From Bordetella parapertussis (GTDB taxonomy: Bacteria; Pseudomonadota; Gammaproteobacteria; Burkholderiales; SG8-39), in NCBI GenBank assembly GCA_945861875.1, contig CAMAWC010000007.1:7540-71539 (forward strand): DNA of 64,000 bases, in the 5' to 3' direction. The notes below the pieces were generated by a model. It searched no databases and had not been told where the DNA came from. It worked only from the letters and a program-made list of their open reading frames with translations. Below, piece by piece: positions 9,116 to 20,203 of this stretch (within the stretch, counting starts at the first letter, position 1; every line of letters starts with the position of its first letter). The translations under genes and the position numbers were made by a program.

Positions 9116-9483
9116 CCGTCATCCCCGCGAAAGCGGGGATCCATGGGCTTAGATTTACACCTGAGGAACCGCTGAACAAGTCCCTGTTGCGTGTTTCATT
9201 TTTCATGACAATCACCCCATCCGCATCCGTCGTCCCCGTGAAAACGGGGACCCAGTGACGTTCGTCGCAAGTCACTGGATTCCCGCTCTGGTCCCCGGAG
9301 TGGGATTCGCGGGAATGACGGACTTATTCAGAGCTTCCCTAAGCGACGAAACCCATGGTTTCCGGGTTCCGCTACGCGGCCCCGGAATGACAGCGGTTTG
9401 CTTGAGCGGTAAGGGTCTGTCCCGGATTAGCCCCCGAATTTAATGCAAAAGTCACTGGATTCCCGCTTGCGCGGGAATGACGG
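9116..9483. repeat. Patchwork of hairpin repeat modules filling the rest of the spacer between the monooxygenase gene and ispF
   Basis: CGTCATCCCCGCGAAAGCGGGGATCCATGGG (near 9116), CGTCGTCCCCGTGAAAACGGGGAC..GTCACTGGATTCCCGC..GCGGGAATGACGGACTTATTCAGAGCTTCCCTAAG (near 9228-9345), CCCATGGTTTCCGGGTTCCGCTACGCGGCCCCGGAATGAC (near 9352-9392), and GTCACTGGATTCCCGCTTGCGCGGGAATGAC (near 9449-9482). Confidence 0.8.
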
Positions 9484-9485
9484 AG

Positions 9486-9986
9486 CTAGCTTACGCCCCG
9501 CGGCGCCTCGTAGCGCGCGTTATCGAGCAGCGCCACGGCCTCGGCGGCAATGCCCTCGCCGCGCCCGGTAAATCCCAGCATCTCGGTGGTCTTGGCCTTG
9601 ACGTTGACTTCCGATGCAAGAATGCCGATGTCGGCGGCGATGCGCTTGACCATCTCGGGGATGTGCGGCGCCATTTTCGGTGCCTGGGCGATGATGGTGC
9701 AATCGACGTTGACCACGGCAAAGCCGGCGGCGCGCACCTTGTCAGCCGTCTCGCGCAACAACAGGCGGCTGTCCGCGCCCTTGTACTTCGGGTCGCTGTC
9801 GGGAAAATGCCGGCCGATGTCGCCAAGGCCGGCGGCGCCGAGCAAGGCGTCGGTAATCGCGTGCAACAGCACGTCGGCGTCCGAGTGCCCGTCCAGTCCT
9901 TTGTCAAACGGGATGAGAACCCCGCCTATGATCAGCTTGCGGCCCGTCACCAGCGCATGCACGTCGAATCCCTGGCCCACCCTCAT
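9486..9986 (-). CDS. ispF: 2-C-methyl-D-erythritol 2,4-cyclodiphosphate synthase
   Basis: 166 aa. GQGFDVHAL...[19 protein letters not shown] is a canonical IspF sequence. Overlaps ispD by 4 nt. Confidence 0.95.
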   Translation of the reverse strand: MRVGQGFDVHALVTGRKLIIGGVLIPFDKGLDGHSDADVLLHAITDALLGAAGLGDIGRHFPDSDPKYKGADSRLLLRETADKVRAAGFAVVNVDCTIIAQAPKMAPHIPEMVKRIAADIGILASEVNVKAKTTEMLGFTGRGEGIAAEAVALLDNARYEAPRGVS

Positions 9987-10681
9987 GGTCGTCCTTTCAA
10001 CAGGTACTCCGCCAAGGCGATATCGGCGGGATAAGTCACTTTCAGGTTGTCGCGCGCGCCCTCAACCAACAGCGGCTTGAGCCCCATGTGTTCCACCGCC
10101 GCCGCCTCGTCGGTGACCTGCCCGGATTTGCCCAGTGCATCGAGCAGCACGCCGTGGCGGAACATCTGCGGCGTTTGCGCCTGCCATAAGCCCTCGCGCG
10201 GCTCGGTTGCGGCGACGCGGCCGGCCGCATCGGCGCGCTTCAACGTGTCGGCGACCGGAACGGCGAGCAAACCGCCGACGTCGTCCGTCGAGCAGACGCC
10301 AATCAGGCGCGACAACTCGGCAAGCCCCAGGCAGGGCCGCGCAGCGTCGTGCACCAGCACCCAGTCATCGGCCTGCAGCAGGCTGGAAGCGGCCACCAGG
10401 CCGTTGAGCACACTGTCGCGCCGTGTCACGCCGCCGCAATAAAGCGGTGCGATCCTGCCGGCATCCTTGCCCCAGTCGATAGTGCGAAAGTGCGGATCGC
10501 CGGGCGTGAGCACGACAAACACCGTCTCGATCTCGGCCGCGGCAAGCAGCGCCCGCACGGCGTGTTGCAACATGGGACGGCCGGCCAGTTTGAGGTACTG
10601 CTTGGGTAGCGTTTCGCCCACACGTGCTTCGCCCATGCGCGCACCGGCGCCGGCGGCGGGAATCAGGCCGAAAAAAGCCAT
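9983..10681 (-). CDS. ispD: 2-C-methyl-D-erythritol 4-phosphate cytidylyltransferase
   Basis: 232 aa. [11 protein letters not shown] and VLVHDAARP motifs. ispD-ispF operon order. Confidence 0.95.
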   Translation of the reverse strand: MAFFGLIPAAGAGARMGEARVGETLPKQYLKLAGRPMLQHAVRALLAAAEIETVFVVLTPGDPHFRTIDWGKDAGRIAPLYCGGVTRRDSVLNGLVAASSLLQADDWVLVHDAARPCLGLAELSRLIGVCSTDDVGGLLAVPVADTLKRADAAGRVAATEPREGLWQAQTPQMFRHGVLLDALGKSGQVTDEAAAVEHMGLKPLLVEGARDNLKVTYPADIALAEYLLKGRP

Positions 10682-10830
10682 GGAGCGGGACGTGATTGCG
10701 AGGGGATGAGGGGGTACAACACGGTATAATTATATAGGTCCCGCGTAACGACGGACACCGGCCATACCCCCGGTAAAAGTCGAACGCGGGTTTTGCTATT
10801 TCTGCGATTTAAGGACCACCGAAATAACCC

Positions 10831-10946
10831 CGTCATTCCCGCGAAAGCGGGAATCCACCTTGACCTTAAAGGTGGATTCATTGAGTCAAAATGGGTTCCC
10901 GCTTTCGCGGGAACGACGAATTAGACGCTTATTCAGAACCTCCCTT
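10831..10946. repeat. Family A MITE-like repeat copy in the ispD/mfd divergent spacer
   Basis: CGTCATTCCCGCGAAAGCGGGAATCCACCTTGACCTTAAAGGTGGATTCATTGAGTCAAAATGGGTTCCCGCTTTCGCGGGAACGACG plus the ...TTATTCAGAACCTCCCT tail. The longest mfd ORF starts inside this repeat. Confidence 0.8.
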
Positions 10947-10973
10947 GATTTACCCTTTAAAAAGCCGAGCGGT

Positions 10974-13900
10974 TTGAACGCCCCCACTCCTCCACCGTCC
11001 GGACAAAAACTGCAGTTTGGCGGCCTCACCGGCTCGGCCGATGCACTGGCGCTCGCCCGCTGTGCGCGCCAATGTGAACGTCAATCAGGTCCGCTGGTGG
11101 TGGTCTGCGCCCATGCCACCGATACGCAGCGCCTGTGCGATGAAACCAAATGGTTTGATCCGGGCCTGCGCACGCTGCTGCTGCCGGACTGGGAAACCCT
11201 GCCCTACGACCACTTTTCGCCGCACAGCGACCTGGTGTCCGAGCGCCTCGCCACCCTGCACCAGATTTCCCGCAGCGAGTTTGATGTCGTGTTCGTGCCC
11301 GCATCAACGGCCTTGTACCGCCTTGGACCGCCGTCCTACCTCGCCGCCTACACGTTTTTCCTCAAGGAAGGCGTGGCGCTGGAACTGGCCGCCTTGCGCA
11401 AGCAACTGGCCCTCGCCGCCTACAGCCATGTCAGCCAGGTCGTCGCACCGGGTGAATTCTGCGTGCGCGGCGGCCTGGTGGACTTGTTCCCCATGGGCAG
11501 CGCGCTGCCCTACCGCATCGACCTGATGGACGACAAGGTCGAGTCCATCCGCACTTTTGACGTCGACACCCAGCGCACCCTCTACCCGGTCAAGGAAGTG
11601 CGCCTGCTGCCGGCACGCGAGTTTCCGCTGGATGAGGCCGGGCGCAACCGCTTCCGCAGCCGCTGGCGCGAGGTGTTCGAGGGCGACCCGACGCGCAGCG
11701 CCACCTACAAGGACGTCAGCACCGGTATCGCGCCTGCCGGCATTGAGTATTACCTGCCGCTGTTCTTTGAAACCACGGCGACGCTGTTCGACTACCTGCC
11801 CGAGGGTGCGACGCTGGCGCTGCACCACGATGTGCACGCCGCGGCGCTCGAGTTCTGGCGCGACGCGCAGTCGCGCCACCGCCTGCTGGGTGGCGACCGC
11901 AGCCGGCCCATACTGCCGCCGGCCGACTTGTTTCTCAGCGCCGAGGAATTCTTTATCGCCGCCGCGGCGATGCCGCGCATCGAGATTGCCGCAGCCAGTG
12001 CGGCGAGCGATCGCGCGCAGCCGCTGGTCGCCAGCGCCTTGCCCGATGTCGCCGTCGAGCGGCGCGCCGACGACCCGCTGCAAAAACTCAAGCACCAACT
12101 GGCGGCGGGAGGCCTGCGCACCCTGCTGCTGGCCGAATCGGCCGGCCGGCGCGAGACCATGCTGCAATACCTTGGCGAATACGGCCTCAAGCCCGCGCCT
12201 GTGGCCAATTTCCCGGCGTTTCTCGCCTCCACCGAAGCCTTCGCCCTGTCAGTCGGCCCGCTGCTCAACGGTTTCACGGTCGATGCCGAAGGCTGGCGCA
12301 TCATCACCGAGTCCGAACTCTACGCCGGCACCGCGCGCTCGCGCAGCCTGCGCGACAAGGCGCGGCAGAGTTCGGTCGAGAACATGCTGCGCGACCTGTC
12401 GGAGCTCAAGATCGGCGATCCGGTGGTGCACACCCAGCACGGCATAGGCCGCTACCAGGGCCTGTTCAACCTTGATTTTGGCGAAGGCGAGACCGAGTTC
12501 CTGCTGCTTGAATACGCCGGCAAGGACAAGCTCTATGTGCCGGTGGCGCAACTGCATGTCATCGGCCGCTACTCCGGCGGCCTGCCCGAGGCCGCGCCCC
12601 TGCACAAGCTGGGCGGCGAGCAATGGGAAAAAGCCAAGAAAAAAGCCGCGGCGCAGGTGCGCGATACCGCCGCCGAGCTGCTGCACTTGTACGCCATACG
12701 CGCCGCGCGCCAGGGCCATGCCTTTGACGTCAAGACGCATGACATCGAGGCCTTTGGCGAGGGTTTCGGCTTTGAGGAAACCCCGGACCAGCTTGCCGCC
12801 ATCAATGCCGTCATCGCCGACATGCGCGCCGGCAAACCCATGGACAGGCTCATTTGCGGCGACGTCGGCTTTGGCAAGACCGAAGTCGCGCTGCGCGCCG
12901 CCTTTGTCGCCATCGCCGACGGCAAGCAGGTGGCGATACTCGCGCCCACCACGCTGCTCGCCGAGCAGCATTTCCAGACTTTTTCCGACCGCTTCGCCGA
13001 CTGGCCGGTGAAACTCGCCGAGTTATCGCGTTTTCGCACCGGCAAGGAGACCACGGCGGCGATCAAGGGCATCATCGAAGGCACAGTCGACATCGTCATA
13101 GGCACGCACAAGCTGCTGCAGGCCGACGTCAAATTCAAGCGCCTCGGGCTGGTGATCGTCGACGAGGAGCACCGTTTTGGCGTGCGCCAGAAGGAGCGTC
13201 TCAAGGCCTTGCGCGCCGAGGTTGACGTGCTGACCCTCACCGCCACGCCCATCCCGCGCACCCTGGCGATGTCGCTCGAAGGCCTGCGCGAGCTGTCGGT
13301 GATCGCCACGGCGCCGGCCAAGCGCCTTGCCATCAAGACTTTTGTCAGCCGCTACGGCGAGGGCCTTATCCGTGAGGCGGTGCTGCGCGAATTAAAGCGC
13401 GGCGGCCAGGTGTACTTCCTGCACAACGAAGTCGATAGCATCGAGGTGATGCGCGACAAGCTCGAGCGCCTGCTGCCGGAGGCACGCGTTGCAGTCGCCC
13501 ACGGGCAATTGCGCGAACGCGACCTGGAGCGCGTCATGCGCGAATTCCTGCAGCAGCGCCACAACGTGCTGCTCTGTTCGACCATCATCGAGACCGGCAT
13601 AGACATCCCCACAGCCAACACCATCCTGATCAACCGTGCCGACCGCTTCGGCCTGGCGCAGCTGCACCAGTTGCGTGGGCGCGTCGGCCGCTCGCACCAC
13701 CAGGCTTACGCCTACCTGCTGGTGCCGGACGAGGAGGCCCTCACCCCGCTGGCGAAAAAACGCCTCGAGGCGATCCAGATGATGGAAGAACTCGGTTCGG
13801 GTTTTTACCTCGCCATGCACGACATGGAAATCCGCGGCGCCGGCGAGGTGCTGGGCGAATCGCAATCGGGCGAAATGCAGGAAATCGGCTTCAACCTGTA

Positions 13901-14417
13901 CAACGACATGCTCAACATGGCGATACGCGCACTGAAAAAGGGCAAGGAGCCCGACCTGACGCAGCCGTTTGAAGTCACCACCGAAATCAACCTGCACACC
14001 CCGGCCCTGCTGCCCAACGACTATTGCTCCGACGTGCACGAACGCCTGACGCTGTACAAGCGCCTGGCCAATTGCGGCAGTGAAGACGAACTGGAGACCC
14101 TGCACGAGGAACTGGTCGATCGCTTCGGCATCCCGCCCGAGCAGACCCAGGTCCTGCTCGACAGCCACCGGCTGCGCATCCTCGGCAAGCCGCTGGGCGT
14201 GGCGCGCATCGACGCCACCGGCGAGACGGTGCAATTGCAATTCACCGAAAAGCCACCGCTGGACCCGGGTCGCATGATGGCCTTGATGCAAAAAAACAAC
14301 TGGAAACTGATGGGCCCCAACCGCCTGCGCGCCAGCGCCAAGGGTGAAACCCCCTCGGCGCGGGCTGATGCGGCAAGACGCATTCTCGAGACACTGCAGC
14401 AGGCGGTGGCGGTTTAG
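10974..14417 (+). CDS. mfd: Transcription-repair coupling factor
   Basis: The track ORF runs 10860..14417 (1185 aa) and begins with a TTG inside the repeat. An in-frame TTG at 10974 gives MNAPTPPPSGQKLQFGGLTGSADALALA, which has spacing similar to the E. coli Mfd N-terminus. UvrB-homology, CarD/RID, DEAD/DEAH helicase (GDVGFGKTEVA, DEEHRFG) and TRCF domains are present. The stop is certain; the start is uncertain. Confidence 0.9.
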   Translation: MNAPTPPPSGQKLQFGGLTGSADALALARCARQCERQSGPLVVVCAHATDTQRLCDETKWFDPGLRTLLLPDWETLPYDHFSPHSDLVSERLATLHQISRSEFDVVFVPASTALYRLGPPSYLAAYTFFLKEGVALELAALRKQLALAAYSHVSQVVAPGEFCVRGGLVDLFPMGSALPYRIDLMDDKVESIRTFDVDTQRTLYPVKEVRLLPAREFPLDEAGRNRFRSRWREVFEGDPTRSATYKDVSTGIAPAGIEYYLPLFFETTATLFDYLPEGATLALHHDVHAAALEFWRDAQSRHRLLGGDRSRPILPPADLFLSAEEFFIAAAAMPRIEIAAASAASDRAQPLVASALPDVAVERRADDPLQKLKHQLAAGGLRTLLLAESAGRRETMLQYLGEYGLKPAPVANFPAFLASTEAFALSVGPLLNGFTVDAEGWRIITESELYAGTARSRSLRDKARQSSVENMLRDLSELKIGDPVVHTQHGIGRYQGLFNLDFGEGETEFLLLEYAGKDKLYVPVAQLHVIGRYSGGLPEAAPLHKLGGEQWEKAKKKAAAQVRDTAAELLHLYAIRAARQGHAFDVKTHDIEAFGEGFGFEETPDQLAAINAVIADMRAGKPMDRLICGDVGFGKTEVALRAAFVAIADGKQVAILAPTTLLAEQHFQTFSDRFADWPVKLAELSRFRTGKETTAAIKGIIEGTVDIVIGTHKLLQADVKFKRLGLVIVDEEHRFGVRQKERLKALRAEVDVLTLTATPIPRTLAMSLEGLRELSVIATAPAKRLAIKTFVSRYGEGLIREAVLRELKRGGQVYFLHNEVDSIEVMRDKLERLLPEARVAVAHGQLRERDLERVMREFLQQRHNVLLCSTIIETGIDIPTANTILINRADRFGLAQLHQLRGRVGRSHHQAYAYLLVPDEEALTPLAKKRLEAIQMMEELGSGFYLAMHDMEIRGAGEVLGESQSGEMQEIGFNLYNDMLNMAIRALKKGKEPDLTQPFEVTTEINLHTPALLPNDYCSDVHERLTLYKRLANCGSEDELETLHEELVDRFGIPPEQTQVLLDSHRLRILGKPLGVARIDATGETVQLQFTEKPPLDPGRMMALMQKNNWKLMGPNRLRASAKGETPSARADAARRILETLQQAVAV

Positions 14418-14432
14418 GAGCCATGAAGAGCT

Positions 14433-14560
14433 AAACAGTACGTCCCCTCTCCCCCTGCGGGAGAGGGACAGGGAGAGGGGGAATGCCGGCAGGCTCGCTA
14501 GAGCTTGACTTCTCCCTCTCCCCAGCCCTCCCCCGTCAAGGGGGAGGGAGTGTTTAGTCA
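14433..14560. repeat. Repeat family E (CCCCTCTCCCC/GGGAGAGGG and CCCTCCCCC/GGGGGAGGG hairpin pair)
   Basis: CAGTACGTCCCCTCTCCCCCTGCGGGAGAGGGACAGGGAGAGGGGGAATGC ... CCCTCCCCCGTCAAGGGGGAGGGAGTGTTTAGTC. The same termini recur near 38074-38290 with a longer middle section. Confidence 0.8.
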
Positions 14561-14610
14561 GACAATTGGAATTTTCACGATTTACCAAAATTTAACTGGG
14601 ACAGCATCAC

Positions 14611-15444
14611 ATGAGCACCAATCTGGTAATCCAAGGCGCCGCCGGGTCCACTGACCTGGAAAAACTCGCCGGCCTCAGCGGTGCGGCCGGCATGGACACA
14701 CTGTCGCCGACGGCCTGGCGCATGAAGTTTTCCAAGCGCCGCGACGGTGTCGCCGAGTATTGCCAGGCCGCCGGCCTGGACTACGCCTTTGTGCCGGCGG
14801 GGAAAAAACTCGCCGATTTTGGCCTGGTCGCCATGGACATGGATTCGACCCTCATCACCATCGAGTGCATAGACGAAATCGCCGACCAGATGGGCATCAA
14901 GGACCAGGTCGCGGAGATCACCGCCAGCGCCATGCGCGGCGAAATCGAGTTCCAGGAAAGCCTGCTCAAGCGCGTCGGCCTGCTCGCCGGCCTGCCGACG
15001 GCGGAACTGCAACGCGTCTATGAGACCCGCCTCAAACTCTCCCCGGGTGCCGAACTGATGATGGCGCGACTCAAAGCACTCGGCATTCGCACCCTGCTGG
15101 TCTCGGGCGGCTTCAGCTTTTTCACCGAGCGCCTGCAGCAACGCCTTGGACTCGATTTCATCCTGTCCAATACGCTGGAGATCGAAAAAGGCAAACTCAC
15201 CGGGCGCGTGCACGGCGCCATCATCGATGCCAAGGCCAAGGCGGCAGAACTGGTGCGTTGCGCGCGCGAGCTTGGCCTGCCGCGAGATCGCATGATCGCA
15301 CTGGGCGACGGTGCCAACGACCTGCCCATGCTGGCCGCGGCCGGCGTATCCATCGCTTATCACGCCAAGCCGGTGGTGCGCGAGAAGGCCACTTATTGCC
15401 TCGATCACGTTGGGCTCGACGGACTGCTCAATCTCTATCCCTGA
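14611..15444 (+). CDS. serB: Phosphoserine phosphatase
   Basis: 277 aa. HAD motif I DMDSTLI, SGGF, GDGANDLPML. N-terminal ACT-like segment. Confidence 0.9.
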   Translation: MSTNLVIQGAAGSTDLEKLAGLSGAAGMDTLSPTAWRMKFSKRRDGVAEYCQAAGLDYAFVPAGKKLADFGLVAMDMDSTLITIECIDEIADQMGIKDQVAEITASAMRGEIEFQESLLKRVGLLAGLPTAELQRVYETRLKLSPGAELMMARLKALGIRTLLVSGGFSFFTERLQQRLGLDFILSNTLEIEKGKLTGRVHGAIIDAKAKAAELVRCARELGLPRDRMIALGDGANDLPMLAAAGVSIAYHAKPVVREKATYCLDHVGLDGLLNLYP

Positions 15445-15506
15445 GCAGGGGCCGCGCAGGAAGCCAATGCCGATGCAAATGCCACCTGCTGGCCTAAGTT
15501 CTGTAT

Positions 15507-15603
15507 CGTCATCCCCGCGAAAGCGGGGATCCATGGGGTTGGGTTTGTACCTTAGCGACTAACCCCATGGGTTCCGGGTTCCGCTACGCGGCCCCGGAAC
15601 GAC
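15507..15603. repeat. Composite hairpin repeat (CCCCGC hairpin + CCATGGGGTT..AACCCCATGG palindrome + CCGGGTTCCGC..GCGGCCCCGG hairpin)
   Basis: CGTCATCCCCGCGAAAGCGGGGATCCATGGGGTTGGGTTTGTACCTTAGCGACTAACCCCATGGGTTCCGGGTTCCGCTACGCGGCCCCGGAACGAC. Same architecture as the array units at 44.1-45.0 kb. Confidence 0.8.
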
Positions 15604-15676
15604 AGAGGTTTCTCGGGTAGGTGACGTTTGCAACTGGAAAGGCTTTCCCGCCGACCGCCTTAATCGGCAGGGGCGG

Positions 15677-16874
<1,198 letters not shown>

Positions 16875-16912
16875 AAGCACGAATTTGTTCGGTGTTTTCT
16901 TAGTGGCAATCG

Positions 16913-16943
16913 AAAAAAAAGCCGCGTCGAGCGGCCTTTTTTC
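16913..16943 (-). terminator. Rho-independent terminator after the nucleoside ABC operon
   Basis: A8-GCCGC-GTCGA-GCGGC-CTTTTTT. On the minus strand the stem is followed by T8. It lies 13 nt beyond the stop of the BMP gene. Confidence 0.75.
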
Positions 16944-16955
16944 CGCGCCTGCGAC

Positions 16956-18122
16956 TTACTTCTTGTCCCCGCCCGGCACCTTGCCTTCGACGCCCTTGAC
17001 GTAGAAATTCACGCCGCCGAGAAACTTGTCGTCGGCAACCGCGTCCTTGGCCAGCACTTCCTTGCCGCTGTTGTCGACGATGGGGCCTTTCCAGATGGAG
17101 AAGGTGCCGGCTTTCAGCCCGGCCTTGATTTCATCGACCCTGGCCTTGATGTCGGCCGGCACGTCATCGGCGATGGATACCATGTCTATGGCGCCTTCCT
17201 TCACGCCCCACCAGCTGCTGCCGGTGGCCCACTTGCCCTCGAGCGCGTCGCGCGTCGCCTTGATGTAGTACGGGCCCCAGTTGATCACCGCCGAACCAAG
17301 GTGGGCCTTGGGGCCGTAGGCGCTCATGTCCGAATCCCAGCCAAAGGCGCGCTTGCCCTTGTCCTGCGCGGTCTTCAGAACCGCGGCCGAGTCGGTGTTT
17401 TGCATCAGCACGTCGGCGCCGCCGTTGATCAGCGCGGTGGCGGCCTCGGTTTCCTTGGGCGGGTTGAACCACTCATTGACCCACACCACCTTGGTCTTGA
17501 CCTTGGGATTGACCGACTGCGCGCCCAGCGTAAAGCTGTTGATGTTGCGGATCACCTCGGGAATCGGTATCGAGCCGACCACGCCAAGCGTGTTGGTCTT
17601 GGTCATCTTGCCGGCGATCACCCCGGCCATGTAGGCGCCTTCATAGGTGCGGCTGTCGTAGGTGCGCAGGTTCTCCGCCGTCTTGTAGCCGGTGGCGTGC
17701 TCGAACTTGACGCCCTTGTTGTCCGCCGCGACTTTGAGCATGGGTTCCATGTAGCCGAAGGTGGTGCCGAAAATCAGCTTGTTGCCCTGCCCCGCCATGT
17801 CGCGTATCACCCGCTCGGCATCGGCCGATTCGGGCACTTTTTCGACAAAGCTGGTGACCACCTTGTCGCCGAATTCCTTTTCCACCGCCTTGCGGCCGTT
17901 GTCGTGGGCAAACGTCCAGCCGCCGTCGCCGACCGGGCCGACATAGGCAAAGGCGATTTTCAGCGGTTCGGGCTTGGCCGGCGCGGGCGCCGCGGCCTTG
18001 GGCGCTTCGGCGGCTTTTTTGGGGGCTTCTTCCTTGCCGCAACCGGCGAGCGCGGTGGCGATGATGGTCAGGGCGGCGATTTTGAACAGGGAACGCTTGC
18101 TCGGAATGATGGGGGTGGTCAT
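16956..18122 (-). CDS. BMP-family (basic membrane lipoprotein) ABC substrate-binding lipoprotein, purine nucleoside type
   Basis: 388 aa. Lipobox LAGCG, and BMP/PnrA-like sequence throughout. Confidence 0.9.
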   Translation of the reverse strand: MTTPIIPSKRSLFKIAALTIIATALAGCGKEEAPKKAAEAPKAAAPAPAKPEPLKIAFAYVGPVGDGGWTFAHDNGRKAVEKEFGDKVVTSFVEKVPESADAERVIRDMAGQGNKLIFGTTFGYMEPMLKVAADNKGVKFEHATGYKTAENLRTYDSRTYEGAYMAGVIAGKMTKTNTLGVVGSIPIPEVIRNINSFTLGAQSVNPKVKTKVVWVNEWFNPPKETEAATALINGGADVLMQNTDSAAVLKTAQDKGKRAFGWDSDMSAYGPKAHLGSAVINWGPYYIKATRDALEGKWATGSSWWGVKEGAIDMVSIADDVPADIKARVDEIKAGLKAGTFSIWKGPIVDNSGKEVLAKDAVADDKFLGGVNFYVKGVEGKVPGGDKK

Positions 18123-18191
18123 GTTGCTTCCTTGTTAAGGCGGTTTTGGGGACGCCGGTTTTGGGGACACCGACCGGCTGACGATGGCGGA

Positions 18192-19112
18192 TTATGAACC
18201 AGGATAAAACGGCTTGCCAATGGACGCCGGCATGTTGATGCGTATCCATTGCGGATTGCGTGAAATCAGCGCCAGCACGACGATGGTGGCGACATAGGGC
18301 AGCATGCTGAGGAACTGGCTGTGAATCTCCACGCCCGCCCCCTGCAAGTGGAATTGCAGCATGGTTACCCCGCCGAACAAATACGCCCCCAGCAGCACCC
18401 GCGCCGGCCGCCAGGTGGCAAAGGTGGTGAGCGCCAGCGCAATCCAGCCCTTGCCGGCGACCATGCCCTCTACCCACAGAGGCGTATAGACCAGCGACAG
18501 GTAAGCCCCTGCAAGGCCGCACAAGGCGCCGCCGGCCACCACCGCGGCAAGACGGATACGCCGCACCGGGTAACCGAGGGCCTGCGCCGAGGCCGGGTTC
18601 TCGCCCACCGCGCGCAACACCAGGCCGGCGCGGCTGCGATGCAAAAACCAGATCAAGCCGGCGGCAAACACCACGGTCAGGTAGACCAGCGGATGCTGCT
18701 GGAACAGCGCCGGGCCGATGAGCGGAAGGTCACTTAACAAGGGAATGAGGAAGCGCGGCCGCTCGGGAATTTTTTCCTGCACGTACTTGATGCCGGCAAA
18801 GGCGGAAAAGCCGACACCGAACAGGCTTAGCGCAAGACCCGTGGCGTACTGGTTGGTGTTAAGCCAGATCACCAGCAGGCCGAACAGCGCCGCGAGCAGC
18901 GCACCCGCGCCTATGCCGGCGGCAAAACCGATCCAGTCGCTGCCGGTGTGGACGACCGCGGCAAAGCCGGCGATGGCGGCGCACAGCATCATGCCCTCGG
19001 CACCGAGGTTGACGATGCCGGCTTTTTCGTTGATCAGCAGGCCAAGCGCGGCGATGGCCAGCACGGTGCCGGCGTTGAGCGTGGCGGCGATGAGCAGCGC
19101 GTAGGCGTCCAT
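18192..19112 (-). CDS. ABC transporter permease (BMP/nucleoside system)
   Basis: 306 aa polytopic membrane protein. Overlaps the upstream permease stop by 1 nt. Confidence 0.88.
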   Translation of the reverse strand: MDAYALLIAATLNAGTVLAIAALGLLINEKAGIVNLGAEGMMLCAAIAGFAAVVHTGSDWIGFAAGIGAGALLAALFGLLVIWLNTNQYATGLALSLFGVGFSAFAGIKYVQEKIPERPRFLIPLLSDLPLIGPALFQQHPLVYLTVVFAAGLIWFLHRSRAGLVLRAVGENPASAQALGYPVRRIRLAAVVAGGALCGLAGAYLSLVYTPLWVEGMVAGKGWIALALTTFATWRPARVLLGAYLFGGVTMLQFHLQGAGVEIHSQFLSMLPYVATIVVLALISRNPQWIRINMPASIGKPFYPGS

Positions 19113-20203
19113 CAGGCCGTCCTCAGCTTGATGCGGTACATCACCAGCGTGTCGCAGGCGAGCAGCGTAAACAGCAGCAGTCCCTGGAACACGCCGGTCA
19201 GCGACTTGGGCAGGCCCAGGCGCGACTGCGCCAGTTCACCGCCGATGTAAAACATGCTCATCAGGATGGCGGCGAACACCATACCCACCGGATGCAGGCG
19301 CCCGACAAAGGCGACGATGATGGCGGCAAAGCCGTAACCCGCCGGAACATAAGGCGTGAGCTGCCCTATCGGCCCCGCCACCTCCAGCGCACCGGCAAGG
19401 CCGGCGGCACCGCCAGACACCAGCAGTGCCAGCCACAGCGCGCTGCGCGAGGAAAACCCGGCATAGCGCGCCGCCGCCGGCGCGAGCCCGCCCACCTGCA
19501 AGGCAAAGCCGGCACGGGTGCGGAACAGGAACACCCACAAGGCCGCCACACCGGCCAGTGCAATCGCCAGGCCTATGCTCACGCGCGAACCGGCAAACAG
19601 GCGCGGAATCTGCGTCACCGCCTCGAAGGTCTTGGTTTGCGGAAAGTTGTAGCCGGCCGGGTCTTTCCACGGCCCATAGACGAGGTAGCCGAGCAGCAGG
19701 TCGGCCACGTACACCAGCATCAGGCTGACAAGGATTTCATTGGCGTTGAATCGATCGCGCAGCAAGGCGGTAATGCCGCCCCACAGCATGCCACCCAGGG
19801 TGCCGGCAAGCAGCACGGCAATGACGATCCAGCCGCTGCCGCCCTTCTCCGCCAGCAGTGCCACACCGCCGGCGGCGATGGCGCCGGCGATAAACTGTCC
19901 CTCGGCGCCGATGTTCCAGACATTGGAGCGAAAGCACACCGCCAGGCCCAGCGCGATCAGCAACAGCGGCGTCGCCTTGACCATCAACTCGCCAATGGCG
20001 TAACCGGACTTGATGGGTTCCCAGAAAAACACCTGCAGGCCGCGCAGCGGATCCTTGCCCAGGGCGCTGAACAAGGCCACGCCTATCAGCACGGTGATCA
20101 GCAGGGCGAGCAGTGGTGATGCATAGCTCCAGAAACGCGAAGGTTCGGGACGCGCTTCCAGTCTGAGTCTCGGATTAAATATAAAAATATCTATCAATGT
20201 CAT
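19112..20203 (-). CDS. ABC transporter permease (BMP/nucleoside system)
   Basis: The first 25 codons of track ORF 19112..20278 (MSFRGRRPRNLL...) are repeat-encoded. The ATG at 20203 is the next start, but it still touches the repeat end, so the start is uncertain. Confidence 0.82.
   Translation of the reverse strand: MTLIDIFIFNPRLRLEARPEPSRFWSYASPLLALLITVLIGVALFSALGKDPLRGLQVFFWEPIKSGYAIGELMVKATPLLLIALGLAVCFRSNVWNIGAEGQFIAGAIAAGGVALLAEKGGSGWIVIAVLLAGTLGGMLWGGITALLRDRFNANEILVSLMLVYVADLLLGYLVYGPWKDPAGYNFPQTKTFEAVTQIPRLFAGSRVSIGLAIALAGVAALWVFLFRTRAGFALQVGGLAPAAARYAGFSSRSALWLALLVSGGAAGLAGALEVAGPIGQLTPYVPAGYGFAAIIVAFVGRLHPVGMVFAAILMSMFYIGGELAQSRLGLPKSLTGVFQGLLLFTLLACDTLVMYRIKLRTA

Noticed and set aside
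8791-9443. Track ORFs encoding ...WIPAFAGMT..., ...FRGND..., ...DLIRASLS... peptides (8791..9024, 9072..9275, 9255..9443; also 10663..10881, 25257..25511, 29044..29286, 44226..44765, 60499..61005, 61110..61301)
   Set aside because: These are translations of the palindromic repeats. The same peptide strings recur wherever the repeat occurs, in both orientations. They have no start context and are not counted as genes.
10860-10973. Longest-ORF 5' extensions that start inside repeats or neighbouring genes (mfd 10860, permease 20278, SBP 33242, suhB 29925, monooxygenase 6987, ThDP alpha subunit 3631, GIY-YIG 44806)
   Set aside because: The extensions translate repeat sequence or overlap well-supported genes. 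Internal starts reproduce conserved N-termini (SuhB, TrmJ, Mfd, IscX) or give ATGA coupling.
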